DNA of 64,000 nt, from positions 1 to 64,000 of the IMG/VR virus record IMGVR_UViG_3300020158_000005; one strand, given 5' to 3'. Position 1 is the stretch's first letter, and the number at the start of each line of letters is the position of its first letter. The DNA comes from a virus (Duplodnaviria > Heunggongvirae > Uroviricota > Caudoviricetes). Shown piece by piece: positions 59,414-64,000 of this stretch. The position numbers were made by a program, and so were the translations under genes. A model generated the notes under the pieces. The model was not told the origin of the DNA. It did not search any database and worked only from the letters and a program-made list of their open reading frames with translations.

Positions 59414-62400
59414 TGGCAAAATGTTTATTAGATATTAAGCTAGATATAATTGATGAAGTGAGAAATACTGCCTTAGATTTAGGTGGTTTTAAACGTTCAT
59501 CTAAAGATACTTTAGAAATAACAGATGCTAAAGAAGCAGCTACTACCTCTAAAAAAATAAATGATGATTTTAAAGAAGATATTATTACACCAAGTGTAAC
59601 TAGTAAAACTCATTATTTTATAGAGCCTTCTGATGAATTATCTCAACAATACCTTAATAAATATAACGAAAATGAATTAGTTGGAGCTAATCAATTAAAG
59701 CAAGATGAGCTTAATAGGGGTGTAACAGAAAATGGGGAAGGTGAATTCTTTCAATCTAAAAATATACCATCTTCAGTAGCTTCAGAAGACACTGTTAAAG
59801 AAGTAAAAAAACTAATGAATAAACTTGGTATTAAACAAGTTGATTTATTACAATATGCTAAGGAAAATGGATTGGATGTTTCTGATGTTAATGGTTTAGC
59901 AGACATTGTTAAAGGTATTGTGGCTATAGCTGATGGAAGAGAAGAACAAGCTCTTACAGAGGAAGCTATTCACATTGCTACAGCTATTTTAGAACAAACT
60001 AATCCTAAGTTAGTTACAGAGATGATTTCTAAAATAGACAGGTTTAGTATTTATAAAGAAGTATTTGATGCTTATAAGGATGTTTACACTACAAAAGATG
60101 GTAAACCTGATATTCGTAGAATTAAGAAAGAAGCTGTAGATAGATTATTAGTAGAGGTGTTAATTAATAACCAAGATGGAAATACAGATTTCCCTGAACT
60201 TTTAAAAGAAGAAAATCTTTCTCTTGTAAGACAATGGTGGAATAAAATAATGGATTGGTTCAGAGGTAGTTATAAAGCTTCTAACATACAAATATTTGGA
60301 GAAGTAGCCAATATATTAAAAAATGATAATATTGGTACTGTAGCAGATATTAAATCTGGGGACGTTTATTTACAACAAGCCACAGAAAAACAAAATGAAA
60401 TATCTTCTAAATTAGAAGCTACCTCAAAAATACTTAACAAAGAATACGCTAAAGATAGTGATGATGATGTTCTTGGTGCAGAAACAGAAGCTAACAACTG
60501 GTATACACTACTAGTAGATGGACAATGGAAGAAAATAGAACATCGTGTTACAGATAGGGTAAAAGAATTTTATAACAAAATCTTTAGAGACAAAGTGTTC
60601 ACTAAAGAAGAACAAGAAAGAAATAATGCTTTAAGAGATTATGGTATTGAAGTGCACGACACTATTGAGGGTATTATTAATAGAATTGTAGACCCTACCA
60701 CACATAAATTTAAATCTGTTATAGACCCAAGACCTACAGTACATACTATTAGAAATGATAGTAATTTTGAGGTGTATGGTAAATTAGAGAAATATGTTTT
60801 TGATTTGTTAAGGACATTTAACAAAGACAGCATCATCATCCCTGAAAAGATGATATTAAATCCTAATATAAAAGCTAAGAAAAAGGATTTTGCTAATGGG
60901 GAAGCAGGTACATTAGACTTAGTTATTGTAGAACCATCTGGTAAAACACATATACTGGATTGGAAATCAATGGGTATTAACAAAGAACAAAAAGATTTAG
61001 CTGCCTATAAACAAAATGGATTTAACATTCAAATTGAAACTTATAAGCAAACATTAAAGAATTTCTATGGTGTAGAGAAGTTCGGTATGACTAGAGCTAT
61101 TCCTTTCATGATGGATGTTGTAAAAGCTCCTTCGGGTAATTGGGTATTAAAGGGATTAACAGTAGCTAGTGCAGACCCTACTAAAATAGAAGAATTAAAA
61201 CTACTACCTGTTCCTACAGAAAGTGAAAGAACTGGTATTGAATCTATAGACTTAGTATTAGATAGACTACAGAAAGTACATTCTAAAATTAAAGGAGAGA
61301 AAGTAGAAGAAGAAATGAAAGCTACTAAGAGAGATAGACTTACTATCTTAAAAAGAGCTATGCGTATTATTCAAACTACACAAAATTTGGAACCCTTACA
61401 TGATGCTATGGAAGTCTATGAAGGTCAATTACTCTCCACTATAGAAAGATATGAAGCTATAAAAGATGATGTATCTAAGCTTACACAAGCAGAAAGAAAT
61501 GAAATTTCTGACGAATTCCTAGATGTGTCTGAATTATTTAATTATTATTCTAAAATTACTATAGAATTAGAAGATGTATTAGATAAAAATGATGCTTTAT
61601 ATAAGAAAATACTTGAATCTCAAGATAATATTAATAAGTATCAGTTTAGACTAAATAGAGCTAAACAACAATACGTAGATAGTATTGGTCAAGCTAATAA
61701 TATTTTCGGACTTCTCTTACCTGAGAAAGTAATTAGAGGTGCTTATAAATTATTTAAATCGTTTGATGAATATTCCAACAGAGCTGCTCAATTAATTGTT
61801 ACTTTATATAATAAAGCTCAGTATGAAGCTGTAGAAAAATCTACTGCTTTTAATACAGAGTTAATGAATATCATTAAAGAAATAAATGATAAAGGTCTAT
61901 CCTATGAGAAAATCCGTACAGAAAAAAACACCCTTGTAAGTAAACTTTCCCCAGAATTTAAAAAAGCTTTTGCTGAAGCTGAAGATAAGGAAAAGTTTGT
62001 TAGAGAAAATATTAGAGATTTAAATGCGTATACAGAAGAAGTTAATAAAATAAAACAAGAAAAAATAGATAAAATAAAAAATAGAACCCGTTTATTTCCA
62101 GGAGAGTATGAAGAAATTAATAAGAAACAGGAAATTGAAGAATTAGAAAATAAATATAATCCATTAAAACCTGTATACATAAATGAAGTTCTTTTAAAAC
62201 ATTTAAAAGAAGAAAAATGGTATTCAGAAGAATACAAAGAGTTAAATAGACCTGAAAATGCTCCTTTATTAGCTTTCTATAATAAAGTGTTAGAATTAAA
62301 TGATATTGCAGAAAAAAGTGGATATATAGAATATAAGGAGAAAAGGAAGTTTTTACCATTTATGGAAAAATCCTTAATGGAAAAAATGGGTACAAATGGT

Positions 62401-64000
62401 TGGGATGTATTTAGTATTCCAGGTCAATTTATTGATAGTTTAAATGCTAGTGAAAAGGCTAAATACCAATATTCAGAAATTACAGGTAAAAGAGTTAGTA
62501 ATTTAGCTAAACCTTTTACAAATAATATAGCCAAAAGTTTTGATTCTGAAGGAAATGTAAATTTTGATTATTCTAAAGTGAGTGGTCAAACAGGACAAGC
62601 TGTAATATTGTATGCTCAAGCTATGTTTAAATATCAAGCTATGTCTCAAATAGACGAGCAGATAGAACTTTTATTACAGGTAGAGCAACTTAAATCCCAC
62701 ATAGAAACTGATAGATGGAATAATGCTGTATTAGTAGAGGATGAAAATACAGGAGAGAAGAAGGCTATGACAGCAGAAGGTAATACAGAAAATGCTAAAA
62801 CTCTTTCTGATTTTGTACAATATCTAATATATAATAACCGTTATCCACTATCTCAGGACGTAAATCTTGGTACTAATGCTGCTATAAACAGTATGAAGAG
62901 ATTTATGAATAAAAATTTTGGTACAGAGTTTATAGAAACTACCACTGCTACATCAATGATACAAACTATTGATGCTATTAATAGGGGGTTCCAATTAAAA
63001 ACACTTGGATTAAGTCCTGTTTCAGGAGTTGTAAACTGGTTTGGTGCTAACATACAAGCTATGGCACAAAAAGATGGTTATTTTACTGTGTTGGAATTCA
63101 TGAAATCCCAAACTAAGCTGTCTAGAATGGCTCAGTTTACAGAAAAAGAAGGAGATGTATTCATAGCCCTATCTAAATTATTCAACCCTTTTACAGAAAA
63201 CCATAATTACCACTTATTTTTAGAGGCACATACAAATGCTCTAGGAAGATTTACGTTTAATAACGTACTAGGTGTGTTTATGCAAAAACCAGAAATGTTA
63301 ATTCAATCAGCTATTTTTGACAGTTTACTTAAAAATACTATGATAGTTAATGGTAAAATTGAACAAATTACTGCGTATGTTAATAGTAAATATAAAGATA
63401 ATAGATATGATATTTCTTTAGGTAAAGAAGGAAGAGATGCTATCAATAAAAAGATAGAAGATGAAATAAACGACCTAAAAGAGAATAAATCCATAGCTGC
63501 TACAGCAGAATATAAAGATGGTAAATTATTAATAGATGGAGAAGAGTTTACTGATAAAGAGCAAATACAGAAACTTTCTATGAAGTCTAAATCTCTTTAT
63601 AAGCGTATTACAGGTAATGTATCAGAAACTTCTGTAAATCAAGCTAAATTGGATATTTTTTCTTCTTCTATGATGGTGTTTAAAAACTGGGTCCCTAAAT
63701 TATGGTATACACGTTTTGGAGAGTTAGCTAAAGTAAATGACCCATTTAATGCTAACGCTTATGATGTAGGTAGGGTGAAAGTATTAATGTCAATTCCTGG
63801 TGGTATTATAGCTAAAATACAAAATATTAACTCTATTCTAAAGGGTACAGATGAGGGTATTAGAACTTTAGATGATATGTATGTAGAATATGCTGCAAAG
63901 TATAAACTAAATACAGGGGAAGATTTTAAAATGGATAAATCTGCTTTCAATGATATGATAATTCAAAATTTATCAAATCAGATGAGGGAATTAGCTATTT
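59413..64000 (+). CDS. further very large virion/cargo protein, 3'-partial (more than 1529 aa, runs off the window); PD-(D/E)xK-like motif
   Basis: the ATG overlaps the giant-gene stop (TAATG); open to the window end, so absent from the ORF track; GTLDLVIVEPSGKTHILDWKS at about 60901-60975. Confidence 0.7.
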   Translation, partial: MAKCLLDIKLDIIDEVRNTALDLGGFKRSSKDTLEITDAKEAATTSKKINDDFKEDIITPSVTSKTHYFIEPSDELSQQYLNKYNENELVGANQLKQDELNRGVTENGEGEFFQSKNIPSSVASEDTVKEVKKLMNKLGIKQVDLLQYAKENGLDVSDVNGLADIVKGIVAIADGREEQALTEEAIHIATAILEQTNPKLVTEMISKIDRFSIYKEVFDAYKDVYTTKDGKPDIRRIKKEAVDRLLVEVLINNQDGNTDFPELLKEENLSLVRQWWNKIMDWFRGSYKASNIQIFGEVANILKNDNIGTVADIKSGDVYLQQATEKQNEISSKLEATSKILNKEYAKDSDDDVLGAETEANNWYTLLVDGQWKKIEHRVTDRVKEFYNKIFRDKVFTKEEQERNNALRDYGIEVHDTIEGIINRIVDPTTHKFKSVIDPRPTVHTIRNDSNFEVYGKLEKYVFDLLRTFNKDSIIIPEKMILNPNIKAKKKDFANGEAGTLDLVIVEPSGKTHILDWKSMGINKEQKDLAAYKQNGFNIQIETYKQTLKNFYGVEKFGMTRAIPFMMDVVKAPSGNWVLKGLTVASADPTKIEELKLLPVPTESERTGIESIDLVLDRLQKVHSKIKGEKVEEEMKATKRDRLTILKRAMRIIQTTQNLEPLHDAMEVYEGQLLSTIERYEAIKDDVSKLTQAERNEISDEFLDVSELFNYYSKITIELEDVLDKNDALYKKILESQDNINKYQFRLNRAKQQYVDSIGQANNIFGLLLPEKVIRGAYKLFKSFDEYSNRAAQLIVTLYNKAQYEAVEKSTAFNTELMNIIKEINDKGLSYEKIRTEKNTLVSKLSPEFKKAFAEAEDKEKFVRENIRDLNAYTEEVNKIKQEKIDKIKNRTRLFPGEYEEINKKQEIEELENKYNPLKPVYINEVLLKHLKEEKWYSEEYKELNRPENAPLLAFYNKVLELNDIAEKSGYIEYKEKRKFLPFMEKSLMEKMGTNGWDVFSIPGQFIDSLNASEKAKYQYSEITGKRVSNLAKPFTNNIAKSFDSEGNVNFDYSKVSGQTGQAVILYAQAMFKYQAMSQIDEQIELLLQVEQLKSHIETDRWNNAVLVEDENTGEKKAMTAEGNTENAKTLSDFVQYLIYNNRYPLSQDVNLGTNAAINSMKRFMNKNFGTEFIETTTATSMIQTIDAINRGFQLKTLGLSPVSGVVNWFGANIQAMAQKDGYFTVLEFMKSQTKLSRMAQFTEKEGDVFIALSKLFNPFTENHNYHLFLEAHTNALGRFTFNNVLGVFMQKPEMLIQSAIFDSLLKNTMIVNGKIEQITAYVNSKYKDNRYDISLGKEGRDAINKKIEDEINDLKENKSIAATAEYKDGKLLIDGEEFTDKEQIQKLSMKSKSLYKRITGNVSETSVNQAKLDIFSSSMMVFKNWVPKLWYTRFGELAKVNDPFNANAYDVGRVKVLMSIPGGIIAKIQNINSILKGTDEGIRTLDDMYVEYAAKYKLNTGEDFKMDKSAFNDMIIQNLSNQMRELAI

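Noticed and set aside
1-64000. CRISPR arrays, integrase/att sites, rRNA
   Set aside because: No spaced identical direct repeats, no tyrosine/serine recombinase motifs and no rRNA-like segments were found. The window looks like a lytic phage genome rather than an integrated prophage, although the window ends are not visible.

Overview
This 64-kb window is AT-rich (roughly 30-35% GC by eye) and reads as part of a tailed dsDNA phage genome, dominated by the virion module. It is most plausibly a crAss-like (Crassvirales-type) phage of a Bacteroidota host, but that assignment is inference from several features. Shine-Dalgarno motifs are absent before nearly all starts, and stop/start overlaps are tight (TAATG/ATGA). 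The rightward gene order is large terminase (Walker A GGRQGGKS), an ~865-aa portal, an SPFH-like protein, an acidic scaffold-like protein, and a 517-aa major capsid candidate. These are followed by strong intrinsic terminators, a GH108-type muramidase, two paralogous tail fibres (one with a phage tail collar C-terminus), and a block of very large tail/cargo proteins. The large proteins are 1481 aa, 1194 aa (with an SLT-like motif), 904 aa and 4403 aa, plus a further ORF of more than 1529 aa running off the window. Coordinates 75-9371 are a leftward-transcribed block of about 22 small ORFs, several membrane-anchored or zinc-ribbon, with no recognisable function. That block is separated by a repeat-bearing divergent control region (9372-9632) from rightward small early genes that include an HU-like and an HExxH protein. 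No integrase, tRNA or CRISPR array was found. The most notable observation is the giant 4403-aa protein (46202-59413). Its C-terminus carries SLOG/YpsA-like motifs followed by a clear NADAR/YbiA-like domain. Mid-protein it has an HEVFH zincin motif and candidate RNA-polymerase double-psi beta-barrel motifs (SGRKVGNEG ... VGSDFDIDK). The downstream partial ORF has a PD-(D/E)xK-like motif. An AT-rich island (29063-31840) contains a structured non-coding region, a metallophosphoesterase-like gene and a GIY-YIG homing endonuclease. A second HNH-like endonuclease gene lies at 39302-39835. All protein-family calls come from motifs read by eye; no database searches were run.
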